Part shown: piece by piece, positions 35,929 to 46,173 of the stretch | Position numbering within the stretch: the first letter of the stretch is position 1 | Layout of the letters: every line of letters begins with the position of its first letter | Assembly: GCA_031263035.1 (NCBI GenBank) | Contig: JAISGP010000142.1 | Coordinates: 14,224-78,223 of the forward strand | Direction of reading: 5' to 3' | Length of the DNA stretch: 64,000 nucleotides | Source: Lachnospiraceae bacterium | GTDB taxonomy: Bacteria; Bacillota; Clostridia; Lachnospirales; Lachnospiraceae | Notes under the pieces: generated by a model | Told to the model about the DNA's origin: nothing | What the model saw: the letters and a program-made list of their open reading frames with translations, nothing else | Database searches by the model: none | Position numbers and translations under genes: made by a program

Positions 35929-36867
35929 ATGTTTGAGAATAAAGAGTATATTTTTGAGATATATAAGACTAGAAGTTTTTCTAAGGCGGCAGAGAATTTA
36001 TATATTTCTCAACCATCGTTAAGCCTTACCGTTAAGAGGATTGAGAGGTCTTTGGGTACACAGCTTTTTGATAGAAGTAGTAATCCCATAGCCATGACTG
36101 ATAGTGGCTTGGAGTATATTAAATGTGCCCAGAAATTAATGGATATTGAGAATGAATACGGGAATTATATAAATGAACTTGAAAATCTCCAAAGAGGCAC
36201 TCTTACCATAGGGGCTAGTAATTTTTTTACTTCTTACATCTTGCCTAAATTCATCGCAATTTTTTTATCTGAATATCCAGGTATTGAATTAAATGTTATA
36301 GAAGCTGATGCAAATACTCTTGAAAAAAAGCTATTTTCTGGAGAATTAGATATGATAGTTGAAAATATGGAGATGGACGATAAGATTTATAAAAAGCTTA
36401 AATTTTATCGAGAAAGATTGCTTCTTGCTGTTCCTAAAAAGTTTTTATGTAATGAAGGTATTTCTGCAAAGGCATTAAGTGCTATGGATATTAAGAAAAA
36501 TATACATAAAGATAAAACTATGAGTACTATAGATTTTAATGAATTAGGTGATACACCATTTCTTTTGCTTAGATTTGGCAATAATACCAGAGAACTTTCA
36601 GATAAAATTTTTAAAGAGCAAGGCTTTAAACCAAATGCTATTCTTGAATTAGATCAATTAGCCACTGCTTATTATTTAGCTTCTCATGAACTAGGAGCAA
36701 CTCTTGTTAGTGATACAATTGTTAAAGAAACGTTACCAGATGACAGATTGGTTTATTATAAATTAGATAGCAAATTAGCCACTCGTCAAAATTATTTCTT
36801 CTACAAACAAGGAAAATACGTAAGCAAGGCAATGGAGAAATTCCTAGAAATTGCTTTGAAAAAATAG
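35929..36867 (+). CDS. LysR family transcriptional regulator
   Basis: HTH (FSKAAENLYISQPSLSLTVKRIE) plus a substrate-binding domain. It is divergent from gdh. I prefer the ATG at 35929. Confidence 0.88.
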   Translation: MFENKEYIFEIYKTRSFSKAAENLYISQPSLSLTVKRIERSLGTQLFDRSSNPIAMTDSGLEYIKCAQKLMDIENEYGNYINELENLQRGTLTIGASNFFTSYILPKFIAIFLSEYPGIELNVIEADANTLEKKLFSGELDMIVENMEMDDKIYKKLKFYRERLLLAVPKKFLCNEGISAKALSAMDIKKNIHKDKTMSTIDFNELGDTPFLLLRFGNNTRELSDKIFKEQGFKPNAILELDQLATAYYLASHELGATLVSDTIVKETLPDDRLVYYKLDSKLATRQNYFFYKQGKYVSKAMEKFLEIALKK

Positions 36868-36975
36868 AAAATATACTGAAGTGATATAAAGTAAATAAGA
36901 GAATATAAAAACTTGAAAAAGTGACAAAATCAAGTAAAATAAGGTAAAATTTATAGAGAGTAAATTATAAAAAAT

Positions 36976-37015
36976 CCCACCCAACTTAGAAATGAAAGTT
37001 TCTATGTTGGGTGGG
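36976..37015. terminator. Bidirectional terminator between the LysR gene (+) and the Mga-like regulator (-)
   Basis: CCCACCCAAC / GTTGGGTGGG (10 bp, extendable through TAGAAA/TTTCTA), flanked by an A-run and TTT. Confidence 0.75.
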
Positions 37016-37029
37016 TTTACATATGGAGA

Positions 37030-38490
37030 TTAATTTATAAATACGCCGTCTAACTGTTTACAAATAAAGGCTTCCAAAGTTGTGAAATTACTGATATTTG
37101 AAACTGATGATAAATTAAAGAATGGTGTGCTTTTACAAATATCAGGTGGTATCCAATCAGAAATTACTGCGTCAGGTAGTTCTCCCCCTAATTGGGATAT
37201 TGAGAGAACATCAATAGGAAATAATGAAACAGATTTAATAACCCATATCATTTGCTCTCTTTGTAGTGGGCTTGCCTTTGATTGTAGTAAAATTCGTAGT
37301 TTTGGCTTGTGTTCTTTAAATATAGTGGTTAATAATAAACCATAAATATTTCTTACAATTGGAAAACGCTCTATCATTTTAGCTGCTTCGGGAAACCTTG
37401 CTACAAAAATATTAAGAGTTTCATGTATTATTCGATAATCTTTTGGTAAAAGTAATTTTAATTTTTCGTCAAAATTTTGAACACCAAAAATAGGAGAGGG
37501 ACCTTTATATAAATTGGCAAGCTTATTAAAATAATATAGGTTTATTTTAATATAATTGATCTCATTTTTTTGTAGAGTAAAATCAAATTCTCTACCTAGT
37601 AATTCAACGAAACTATCTGCTATGTCATCAGTATGATAGACTATGTCCACATTGTTTTTTTCGTAGTCTAGTGGTATTGGAGAAATTGTGCAGAATAGTA
37701 GATATAGGTTTTCACATTCTACTTGTTCAGTGCCTGGTTCTGTACAATATTTTAATACCCCAGCTTCTTTTACTTCTCTATAAAAATCATCATATGAGAT
37801 TAAGGGATGGTTTTCTATAAAAAACTCTTCTCTTAACCGTATAAAATGTTTGTTTTGAGTACGCTTTAAAAGGATAAAAACTGATAAATTAAATCGTTGC
37901 ATACTGAAATAATCTATGTCAGGATTTATTCGTAAAAGCATTTTGGTAACATTTTGGATTACCGGTAAATTTAAATAAGAATCACATAAACTTAGTTCCC
38001 AAAAAAGTGCATTATAGAAATATCGAACTTGTAATTCTCGCCCTTTTATGGTTTCTTTTGAATGAAAACTAAGGTTTAATTCGTAATCCTTCATAAGTTT
38101 TCTAAGTCCGGCTACATGCTTTTGAAAAACACTTCTACTTACACATAAGTCATAAGATAAATCGGTTCCATTTGAATCTTCATTTAAAAAAAGACTTTTA
38201 ATTATTTTGTATTTTACAGAATCCTCAATCATTATATGAAGTAATTCAGATGGATGAGGAGGATTAGGATACCTTTCTTTTAATATATGCTTATTATAGG
38301 AAAAATGTGGCTTTTCCTGTTGTTTATCATAGTTAATCAATTCTGTGATTAATCTATTTACGGCTCGTCTATCAATATTTAATTTTTCGGAGAGTTTTAT
38401 ATATGAAATCTCTTTATTAGGAGTTTTATAAAGCTCTTCAACAATTCTTAACATATAGGATTGATTTTTTTCTAAAAAAACTTCTTTCAT
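37030..38490 (-). CDS. Mga/RofA-like stand-alone HTH virulence-type regulator (paralog 1)
   Basis: 486 aa with an N-terminal winged-HTH-like segment (ISYIKLSEKLNIDRRAVNRLITEL). Its size and its position divergent from a pilus operon are typical of RofA/Mga/EbpR-type regulators. It has the same length as ORF 48785..50245 and about half of positions are identical by eye. Confidence 0.6.
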   Translation of the reverse strand: MKEVFLEKNQSYMLRIVEELYKTPNKEISYIKLSEKLNIDRRAVNRLITELINYDKQQEKPHFSYNKHILKERYPNPPHPSELLHIMIEDSVKYKIIKSLFLNEDSNGTDLSYDLCVSRSVFQKHVAGLRKLMKDYELNLSFHSKETIKGRELQVRYFYNALFWELSLCDSYLNLPVIQNVTKMLLRINPDIDYFSMQRFNLSVFILLKRTQNKHFIRLREEFFIENHPLISYDDFYREVKEAGVLKYCTEPGTEQVECENLYLLFCTISPIPLDYEKNNVDIVYHTDDIADSFVELLGREFDFTLQKNEINYIKINLYYFNKLANLYKGPSPIFGVQNFDEKLKLLLPKDYRIIHETLNIFVARFPEAAKMIERFPIVRNIYGLLLTTIFKEHKPKLRILLQSKASPLQREQMIWVIKSVSLFPIDVLSISQLGGELPDAVISDWIPPDICKSTPFFNLSSVSNISNFTTLEAFICKQLDGVFIN

Positions 38491-38910
38491 TTTTTGTTCC
38501 CCTTTTATTAAAAATATTTATACAATAATGTTTATGTTTTGTATTGTATACAATGATGCAAATTTACTTAAATTGTTTCAAAACACTCAAAAGATAAAAA
38601 TGTAAATTTTCCTCCTTTCTTCATAAATCTTAGTTATCTTTTGTAAATGTTTGAACGGGAATAATTTTTAAAATGTAATAAAACTATTCCAAAAATTCTA
38701 AAATTTTTATAGAGAAAATATAAATATAATATACAAACCATTATAGCATTATGGAAAATTTCATTTTATTTTAATATGTCATACACATAACATTTGCAAA
38801 GCAAACCAAATGTGCATATCCAAAATTCGTAAAACTTCGAGAGATTTTTGTTATAGAATGTAACTAAATCAATTAAGTTAAATATTGCTTTGATATTTTA
38901 CATTTTTCGA

Positions 38911-38958
38911 AAAACCTATAATGTAGGTTGCATATTGCGATGAGACATTATAGGTTTT
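38911..38958 (+). promoter_or_regulatory. 14-bp perfect inverted repeat in the leader of the tip adhesin gene
   Basis: AAAACCTATAATGT, a 20-nt spacer, then ACATTATAGGTTTT, ending 38 nt before the ATG at 38996. It could be an RNA hairpin followed by UUUU or a protein operator. Confidence 0.5.
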
Positions 38959-38995
38959 GAATATAAATGGTTGTTGAGTAAGAAAGGTGGAAGTT

Positions 38996-41900
38996 ATGAA
39001 ATATTATGGGAAGATAAAAAGATGGCTATGTATATTGACGATTTTAGCTGTTTTTTTAGTACCGGTTTTTAATAGCTTAATACCAATGTCTAGAGCTGAA
39101 GAGAGTACTTCAGAAGAACAGATTAAGAGTAATACTGGTAAGAAAGAAAAGACTGAGGATGTAAGTGAAGAGAAAAATCAAACTAAGGTGGAACCTTCTG
39201 GGGATGCTACTAGTGATGTTATTGGTGAAGATAAAGAAGAAGCCGTCACTAAGGATGATACTTCAGATGAATCCACTGATGATAAGAATAATACAGAATA
39301 TACCGGTGGTGAGAAAAAATCTACTAATGCAGATGAAGAAGAGGCCTTTGATAAACATAGTTTAGGTAGAACACCATCTCTTCCTCGTCCAAGACGTTCT
39401 ATAACCGGAACATGGTCTGGAAATGGAAGTGAGACTACACCCTATGAAATCAGTACACCTGATGATTTAAAAGCTTTATCAGATGATGTTGCAAGTGGAG
39501 AAACATTTGCAGGTAAGTATTTTATCGTAACTGCTGATTTGGATTTAAGTGGGTATACTTCTTGGGTGCCTATAGGTTCAAGCAGAAGAGAACTTATTTT
39601 TGATCATTCTATTGATGATAATGATCCTTTGGTTGTAGATAATAATAATACTATGAGTGATCCTTTTGAAGGGAATTTTGATGGAAATAATAAAACAATT
39701 ACAGGATTAACTATTAATAAGCCAACAACGAATGGTGCAGCATCTGATTATAATGGATTATTTGGATTTCTCCATAATGGTTCAATATCTAATGTGATTA
39801 TAAGTGGTGCTAATATTCAAGGGCAGTCAGGAACTGGAGTTCTCTTAGGATATGGAAGGGATAATGTTACAGTAAGTAATTGCCATGTATTAAATTCAAC
39901 AGTGAATTCAACACAAGTTAATAGTAATTATGGAACAGCTGCTTTAATTGGAGAGCTAAAGTATTATGGAAACACTTCTGGTCCTGCAGTAGTTAGTGTT
40001 ACTAATAGTACGGTGGAAAACACTACAGTTAATAGTAAGAACGGTGCCGGAAGAAATGGAATTCTTATAGGTCAGATGTCAGCATACTTTTCAAACAGTA
40101 TGACAACACTACCTACAATTAATTCTAAAGTTACAATAAAAGATTGTGATGTTATTAATTCAAGTTTAGACAGTACTGTTTATTATATAGGCGGTATTGT
40201 AGGCTGCATGGATTATAGAGAAAGCAATAGTAATGAAGTAACTATAGATAACTGTGATGTATCTGGTGGAGGAACTAATCATATCAGATGTGGCTCATAT
40301 TATATGGGAGGAGCTATTGGATTTATTTGGTGTCAAGGGGTTGAAGGAATAGATCAATGTACTAATAATACTTTTTTAATTCAAGGATGTGATGTTAGTG
40401 GAATGGAAATATCCAATGATAACTATGAAGTTGGAGGACTTATAGGATTTTTGGATATACATCGAAACGCTGATGGTAATACCTATACCTTAAAGAATAA
40501 TACAGTAAATAATTGCAATATCTTTAGTACAGGAAGTTTTAATGTAGGAGGATTAATAGGATTATATTATACATATTTTGCAAATGATAATACTGTAAAT
40601 ATAGAGCAGTGTTTCGTAAATGATTGTACTATGTATAGTACGGCTAATTATAATGTAGGCGGATTTGTTGGACATTATCTTATAGATAGTTCTCAAAATA
40701 ATGTAGAGAATATTATTAATTCTGGAGTAAGAAGGTCTACTATTTCTCAAAATACAAATAATAGAGGTGGATTTATTGGGAGACTTGAATTAATAAATAA
40801 TGTAAATGGCACAGTGTGTACAATAAAGAACACTTATGCAGATGCTAAAGTTAATGGCACAGTTCGAGTAGGAGGGTTAATTGGATATTTATATAATCCA
40901 TCAACTTCCGGTGTAGTTCAAATAATAAATTGTTACACAATGGGCAGCGTAACTGCAACTGCAACTGCAGGCTACGCAGGTGGATTGATTGGATATTGTG
41001 GTGATAATGGTAAAAGTACAATAAAAAATTCCTATTCTATTTCTAGTACAAGTGCATCAACTAGTGGAGGATTGATTGGGTATAATGGAAATGCTTCAAC
41101 CCAAATATCTAATTGTTATGCAGCAGGTTTTATGAGTGGAACATCAACTACACGTGGAGGATTTGTTGGTGGTGGATTAAAAAATGCAACTACTTTTACT
41201 AATTGCTTTTATGATACTACAACTACAGGACGAACAGCGTCTCAAGCTTTTGGTAATGCTGCCCAAGCTGGTATTACAGGAGTGTCTACAGGATATGAAT
41301 TAAACAAAGCCCCTGGCATGACCAATATTGAAACCTTTAGTTCTTGGAATATAAAAAGCAATTTTGGTGGTGCTTCAAAAGGTCAAGGTACAGATGATAA
41401 TCCTTGGTATATAGATGATAAGATTACATACCCATATTTATATTATCAATATGATGGTTATTCTAAGGATGATGTTAATTACCAGTTAAGCAATGCTAAA
41501 TATAGCTTTGATGATGGTACCGTAACAGACAAGGCAATTACCCCAAGGCGAGCAGATTATTTTATAAGTAATGCAGATAATAATGAAAAGATAAGCTATA
41601 CAGTGAAGACTGCAGGTGCAGCAGCAGTTTTTTATCCATATACGTTAGAGAGTTACAACTTTGGTCAAAATGAAAGCCTTAGAGTTCCATCTGGTACCGG
41701 AAGTTTTACAGTAACGAGTAAAACCACACCATACTCTTTAGGTGGAATATCTAAAACAGATATAGTTGGATTTGATCCGCTACCTTATGCAGAGAAAACT
41801 TCTGACAGAGCCAAGTATGTGGCAGGCACTACATCTACTTACACGAAACGTGGAGATTTAATCACATATACAGTTTCCATTTATAACCCAAGCACTATTT

Positions 41901-43279
41901 ACAAATGGGTAGATGTAACCTTAAATGATCCATTTCCGGAAGGGGTTACATTGGTAGATTATTTATACAATGGAACTAAATACAATGTAAAAGTAGCGGT
42001 AGGAGATGGTACGCCGGTGATTGTGCCAAAGAATACGGCAGAAGGCAACGAACCATATTACTATACATATACTAAAGCAACGACATCAAGTGGAGTTGAT
42101 GGTCCATTAAATGTATATCTTGGTGATATGCCTATTGCTTCTGAAAATGCTAATGGGGAACTGGAACCTTATAAAGTAACAGTTACATTTACTGCAATTA
42201 TTGATAGAAGAGCAGTAAGTAAATTCCCGTTAGATAATGCTCAGAATAAGATAGATAATGGAGATAATATTAGAAATATTGGTACAGTATCCGGCACTAT
42301 TAAAGAAAATGCAAGTGGTGAAGGTGCTTTTGATTATAGTACTAAATATGATGACAATGATACAGATCCTGTTTATGACACATATAAGGTAAGTTACATT
42401 GGTAATGGTGGAAAAACAGCAGTAGGAGATACTAGATATAACTATTATTATCTCTATGACCAGAGTAGTACTGTTAAAGATAATGATGGTAACCCATTCT
42501 TATTTAAAAGACTTTACTATACATATCTTGACAAATGGGATAGCAGACCAGATTTTGTAGAAGGTAGCACCAAGGAGTATCAAATTGGAGATACATTAGC
42601 TCTTACTAATAATCTAAATCCAATTAATAGTGCAAATAGAACAGACACAGATAATGCAGATGATATAAATGATGATTATTATGCAGCTACAGATTTTAAG
42701 CTCTATGCACCTTGGAAGGAAGATAAAGGCTCAATAAAGATTATTAAAAAGAGTGAAGATGGTGATTTTCTAGATGGAGCTAAGTTCTTATTAGAGAAAA
42801 AAGATGGTGATAATTGGATACCTATAAAATGGGATAGTACATCTTCGAGTTGGATTAATCTTCCAAGTGGTGAAACTTATTCTGGAGAAACCGCCGGAAG
42901 TGGCGGAGAATTAACCTTCGGTAAAGAAGAAACAGATAACACTCTTAAATTTGGAGTTTATCGTATTACGGAAGTAGGAGCTAAAGAAGGTTATCAGTTA
43001 CTTAAAGATCCACTTATAGTCACACTACCTTATGAGAAGGCATCTAGCACGGATCCAAATGATAGCTGGAACACTACATATGTAAATGATAATGGAGAGA
43101 CTATGTACTCTTATTACAATCTTACATATACAGTTACCAATGTTGGAGCATTTGAATTACCTAAAGCAGGGAATAAAAACGTCTTTCCATTTTTGGAGGT
43201 AGGTTTATTTATTGCATTTCTTGGAATAGCCATTCAGGCAAGGCGATATAGAAGAGCTAAAAGAGGGAGGAAGCCTTAA
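38996..43279 (+). CDS. Large sortase-anchored adhesin (probable pilus tip subunit) with GLUG-type repeat beta-helix-like region and Cna-B/SpaA-type domains
   Basis: - N-terminus: signal peptide followed by an acidic low-complexity linker.
- Repeat region: about 20 repeats containing GG(L/F)(I/V)G(Y/F).
- DUF11-like segment: GDLITYTVSIYN...TLNDPFPEGVTLVD.
- One Listeria-Bacteroides type repeat: YKVSYIGNGG.
- C-terminal Cna-B-like domain: GSIKIIKKSEDG...YRITEVGAKEGY.
- Sorting signal: LPKAG, a TM helix, then RRYRRAKRGRK. Confidence 0.75.
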   Translation: MKYYGKIKRWLCILTILAVFLVPVFNSLIPMSRAEESTSEEQIKSNTGKKEKTEDVSEEKNQTKVEPSGDATSDVIGEDKEEAVTKDDTSDESTDDKNNTEYTGGEKKSTNADEEEAFDKHSLGRTPSLPRPRRSITGTWSGNGSETTPYEISTPDDLKALSDDVASGETFAGKYFIVTADLDLSGYTSWVPIGSSRRELIFDHSIDDNDPLVVDNNNTMSDPFEGNFDGNNKTITGLTINKPTTNGAASDYNGLFGFLHNGSISNVIISGANIQGQSGTGVLLGYGRDNVTVSNCHVLNSTVNSTQVNSNYGTAALIGELKYYGNTSGPAVVSVTNSTVENTTVNSKNGAGRNGILIGQMSAYFSNSMTTLPTINSKVTIKDCDVINSSLDSTVYYIGGIVGCMDYRESNSNEVTIDNCDVSGGGTNHIRCGSYYMGGAIGFIWCQGVEGIDQCTNNTFLIQGCDVSGMEISNDNYEVGGLIGFLDIHRNADGNTYTLKNNTVNNCNIFSTGSFNVGGLIGLYYTYFANDNTVNIEQCFVNDCTMYSTANYNVGGFVGHYLIDSSQNNVENIINSGVRRSTISQNTNNRGGFIGRLELINNVNGTVCTIKNTYADAKVNGTVRVGGLIGYLYNPSTSGVVQIINCYTMGSVTATATAGYAGGLIGYCGDNGKSTIKNSYSISSTSASTSGGLIGYNGNASTQISNCYAAGFMSGTSTTRGGFVGGGLKNATTFTNCFYDTTTTGRTASQAFGNAAQAGITGVSTGYELNKAPGMTNIETFSSWNIKSNFGGASKGQGTDDNPWYIDDKITYPYLYYQYDGYSKDDVNYQLSNAKYSFDDGTVTDKAITPRRADYFISNADNNEKISYTVKTAGAAAVFYPYTLESYNFGQNESLRVPSGTGSFTVTSKTTPYSLGGISKTDIVGFDPLPYAEKTSDRAKYVAGTTSTYTKRGDLITYTVSIYNPSTIYKWVDVTLNDPFPEGVTLVDYLYNGTKYNVKVAVGDGTPVIVPKNTAEGNEPYYYTYTKATTSSGVDGPLNVYLGDMPIASENANGELEPYKVTVTFTAIIDRRAVSKFPLDNAQNKIDNGDNIRNIGTVSGTIKENASGEGAFDYSTKYDDNDTDPVYDTYKVSYIGNGGKTAVGDTRYNYYYLYDQSSTVKDNDGNPFLFKRLYYTYLDKWDSRPDFVEGSTKEYQIGDTLALTNNLNPINSANRTDTDNADDINDDYYAATDFKLYAPWKEDKGSIKIIKKSEDGDFLDGAKFLLEKKDGDNWIPIKWDSTSSSWINLPSGETYSGETAGSGGELTFGKEETDNTLKFGVYRITEVGAKEGYQLLKDPLIVTLPYEKASSTDPNDSWNTTYVNDNGETMYSYYNLTYTVTNVGAFELPKAGNKNVFPFLEVGLFIAFLGIAIQARRYRRAKRGRKP

Positions 43280-43514
43280 TGTTAAGACTTTTATAGATTA
43301 AATTATTCGAAACTTAATTTTAATAATTTAGCGATGACTGAAAAGCTATAGATATTTATATTAAGTTATCTATAAAAAACGTATAAGCCTATTATATAAA
43401 AAATATAATATTTAATTACCAAATCGTTGTAGAGATATATAACATTTCGTGGAATATATTTTTACTTCAGATAAATTTAAAAAGAAAAAAATTCACTTTG
43501 AAAAGGAGAATAGT

Positions 43515-45044
43515 ATGAAACATTTAAAATTTAAAAGAATAATTAGTTTATTCTTTGCATTAGTCCTTATAGTAGGAATGATGCCTAAAGTTAGTAAAGC
43601 AGCTCCAACAATTGATACTACAAAAACGGGTAGCTTAACCATCAACAAAACAGATGAAGCACAGCAACCAGTAGCAGGGGCAGGTTTTACCATTTATAAG
43701 GTTGCAGATTTAAAGCAAGATGGTGGAACTATGAGTTATGATACTACAGGTTATACTCATGGAGTTATTGTAACAGGCGATACTACAGCGGCTGCCTTTG
43801 ATACTGCATTGTCACAAAATAAGCTTACAGCAGTTGGTAGTGAAGAAAAGACAGAGCTTCCTTCAGGACAAGTTAAATTTAGTAATTTAAGCCTTGGTAT
43901 TTATCTTGTAAAAGAAACTACCATACCAGCTCACACAATTGCAAGTAATAATTTCCTTGTAAGTATACCTATGACAGACCCAACTAATCATGATAGTTGG
44001 ACATATGATGTAGTTGCAGATCCTAAGAATGCGGTATTTACCGGTGGTATTACTAAGGAAATAACAAGTTCTACAACAGCAGAGACAGGGACAAATTCAT
44101 ATACTGCTAATGTAGGAGAACAGGTAACATATAAGATTACAGTTACCATGCCTAATGATTTCTATGGAACAAGCCAGTTTAAGAAAAACTATAATATGTT
44201 TAAAGTTATAGATATTCCATCTACAGGTTTGAAAATTGATATGACTTCTGTTACAGCAAAAGTCGGAACAACTAATGTAGGAACTATAACTACAGGTACA
44301 CCACAATTTGGAACTACTGCGGCAAGTACTACAGATGGTTTCACAGTTGATTTATTAAATTCCGAAGGAACTGCACCACAAAATGCTGCAATTGTAGCTG
44401 GTGCTACAGTAGAGATTACATATAATGCGACTATTACTAAGGATGCTGTTGGACAGGCTGGTGTAACCAATGCTGCTCATATCCTTTATGATACTCCAGG
44501 GTCAGATAAACCTGGTGATATAACACCAGATCCAAGTACACCAACACCAACTATTCATACATATAGTCACGCAGTTCTAAAAACAGACGATAAAAATAAT
44601 GCCCTTAATGGAGCAGAATTTGTTGTTAAATTAAATAATAATAAATATTTACAATTAAATACTGCAGGTGATGGATGGAATGAAGTAGATGCTGCTTCTG
44701 ATGCAACAACATTTACATCTGGTAGTTCTTATCCATTAGCTTCATATACTGCAGATGGTTATTTTGATATTATCGGTGTTAAGGGTGGAGACCATCAATT
44801 AATAGAGACTAAAGCACCAGCTGGTTATACATTGCTTACTGCACCAGTAAGTATAACTTTTGACGATACTTCTACTACAACTCAAGGAACTAATCATGGA
44901 CATACAACTACAGTTGTAAATGCTAAGAGCTTCTACTTCCCAACAACAGGTGGTAAGGGTATTATCATATTTATTGGTGGTGGAGCACTATTAATAGCTT
45001 TAGGAATATTTGTATATTCTAGAAAACGCAAAATACAAAAATAG
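43515..45044 (+). CDS. Major (backbone) pilin, SpaA/FctA-like
   Basis: It has a signal peptide from the ATG at 43515 (RBS AAAGGAGAA) and a Cna-B-type N-domain (GSLTINKTDE...GAGFTIYKV). The pilin-motif-like sequence is WTYDVVADPKN and the E-box is HQLIETKAPAGY. The sorting signal is FPTTGG followed by a TM helix and SRKRK. Confidence 0.8.
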   Translation: MKHLKFKRIISLFFALVLIVGMMPKVSKAAPTIDTTKTGSLTINKTDEAQQPVAGAGFTIYKVADLKQDGGTMSYDTTGYTHGVIVTGDTTAAAFDTALSQNKLTAVGSEEKTELPSGQVKFSNLSLGIYLVKETTIPAHTIASNNFLVSIPMTDPTNHDSWTYDVVADPKNAVFTGGITKEITSSTTAETGTNSYTANVGEQVTYKITVTMPNDFYGTSQFKKNYNMFKVIDIPSTGLKIDMTSVTAKVGTTNVGTITTGTPQFGTTAASTTDGFTVDLLNSEGTAPQNAAIVAGATVEITYNATITKDAVGQAGVTNAAHILYDTPGSDKPGDITPDPSTPTPTIHTYSHAVLKTDDKNNALNGAEFVVKLNNNKYLQLNTAGDGWNEVDAASDATTFTSGSSYPLASYTADGYFDIIGVKGGDHQLIETKAPAGYTLLTAPVSITFDDTSTTTQGTNHGHTTTVVNAKSFYFPTTGGKGIIIFIGGGALLIALGIFVYSRKRKIQK

Positions 45045-45120
45045 TATTTGCAATTAAATTAGAGGAAAATAGTTTATTTTGATAGTAATTTTTCATATAA
45101 AGTAGTACCTCAAAAAATCG

Positions 45121-45148
45121 GATATAGGAGGGTAAAAACTCCTATATC
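45121..45148 (+). terminator. Hairpin after the major pilin gene (possible partial terminator setting subunit stoichiometry)
   Basis: GATATAGGAG / CTCCTATATC (10 bp perfect) with no strong U-tract. Confidence 0.35.
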
Positions 45149-45173
45149 TATTAAAAAGGGGATAGAAAAATAG

Positions 45174-46028
45174 ATGAGAAAACACTTCTTAAATATTTTG
45201 ACTGTTTTGATTATTTTAGCAGGAATAGCCTTAATGTTTTATCCCTTTTTTTCAGAATGGTATAGTAATGTACACCATGCAAAAGTTATAAAAACATATA
45301 ATCAAAAAGTTGAAAGTAAAACAGAGAAAGAGTTAGATGCTGAAAGAAAAAAAGCTGAGGAGTACAATAGAAATCTTCTGGGAAAAGTAATCCTTACAGA
45401 CCCTTTTGATCCAAAGAATAAAATAGAAGATACAGGTGATTATAGTTCTATTTTAAATGTAGATGGAAATGGGATGATGGGAGATATACGTATTCCAAGT
45501 ATTGATGTAAATCTTCCAATATATCATGGCACTACAAGTGATATATTGGCAAAGGGAGTGGGACATCTTGAGTATACTTCTTTTCCGGTAGGTGGTAAGT
45601 CCACCCATACAGTTTTATCTGCGCATACTGGAATACCTTCAGCAGAATTATTTACTAACCTTGATAAAGTTAAGATTGGGGATATATTTTATCTAGATGT
45701 TTTGGACAAAACATTGGCTTATAAGGTTGACCAGATAAAGGTGGTTTTGCCAACTGACACCTCTGATTTAAGGATAGTTCGCAATAAGGATTATGCAACA
45801 CTAGTTACATGTACACCCTATGGTATTAATTCTCATAGACTTTTGGTTAGAGGAATTAGAACTAAGTATGTAAAAGCAAAGGATAAGGATACAAGTTACA
45901 ATCTTGTGAATAGTCTACGACTTAGACTTTTGATTATCTGTATAGTGTCTCTATTTCTTGTGATTTTAATTCTTTATCTATTATATAGACGAAGAAAAAA
46001 GAAGGAAGATAATCAAAACCATAATTGA
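45174..46028 (+). CDS. srtC: Class C (pilin-polymerising) sortase 1
   Basis: N-terminal and C-terminal TM anchors, lid motif DPF, catalytic HTG...TLVTCTPYGINSHRLLVRG. Confidence 0.9.
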   Translation: MRKHFLNILTVLIILAGIALMFYPFFSEWYSNVHHAKVIKTYNQKVESKTEKELDAERKKAEEYNRNLLGKVILTDPFDPKNKIEDTGDYSSILNVDGNGMMGDIRIPSIDVNLPIYHGTTSDILAKGVGHLEYTSFPVGGKSTHTVLSAHTGIPSAELFTNLDKVKIGDIFYLDVLDKTLAYKVDQIKVVLPTDTSDLRIVRNKDYATLVTCTPYGINSHRLLVRGIRTKYVKAKDKDTSYNLVNSLRLRLLIICIVSLFLVILILYLLYRRRKKKEDNQNHN

Positions 46029-46173
46029 TGGAAAACATACAGATGATAATTAAAGAAAAGAATATTTTATGTATTTAATACCTAATTCTGAAAAAGAATA
46101 AGAAAGAAATTTATCTAATAGAATAAAACAATAAGGTAAAAAAGTTTTTTAAAAGTAAGAAGAGGAATGTATT

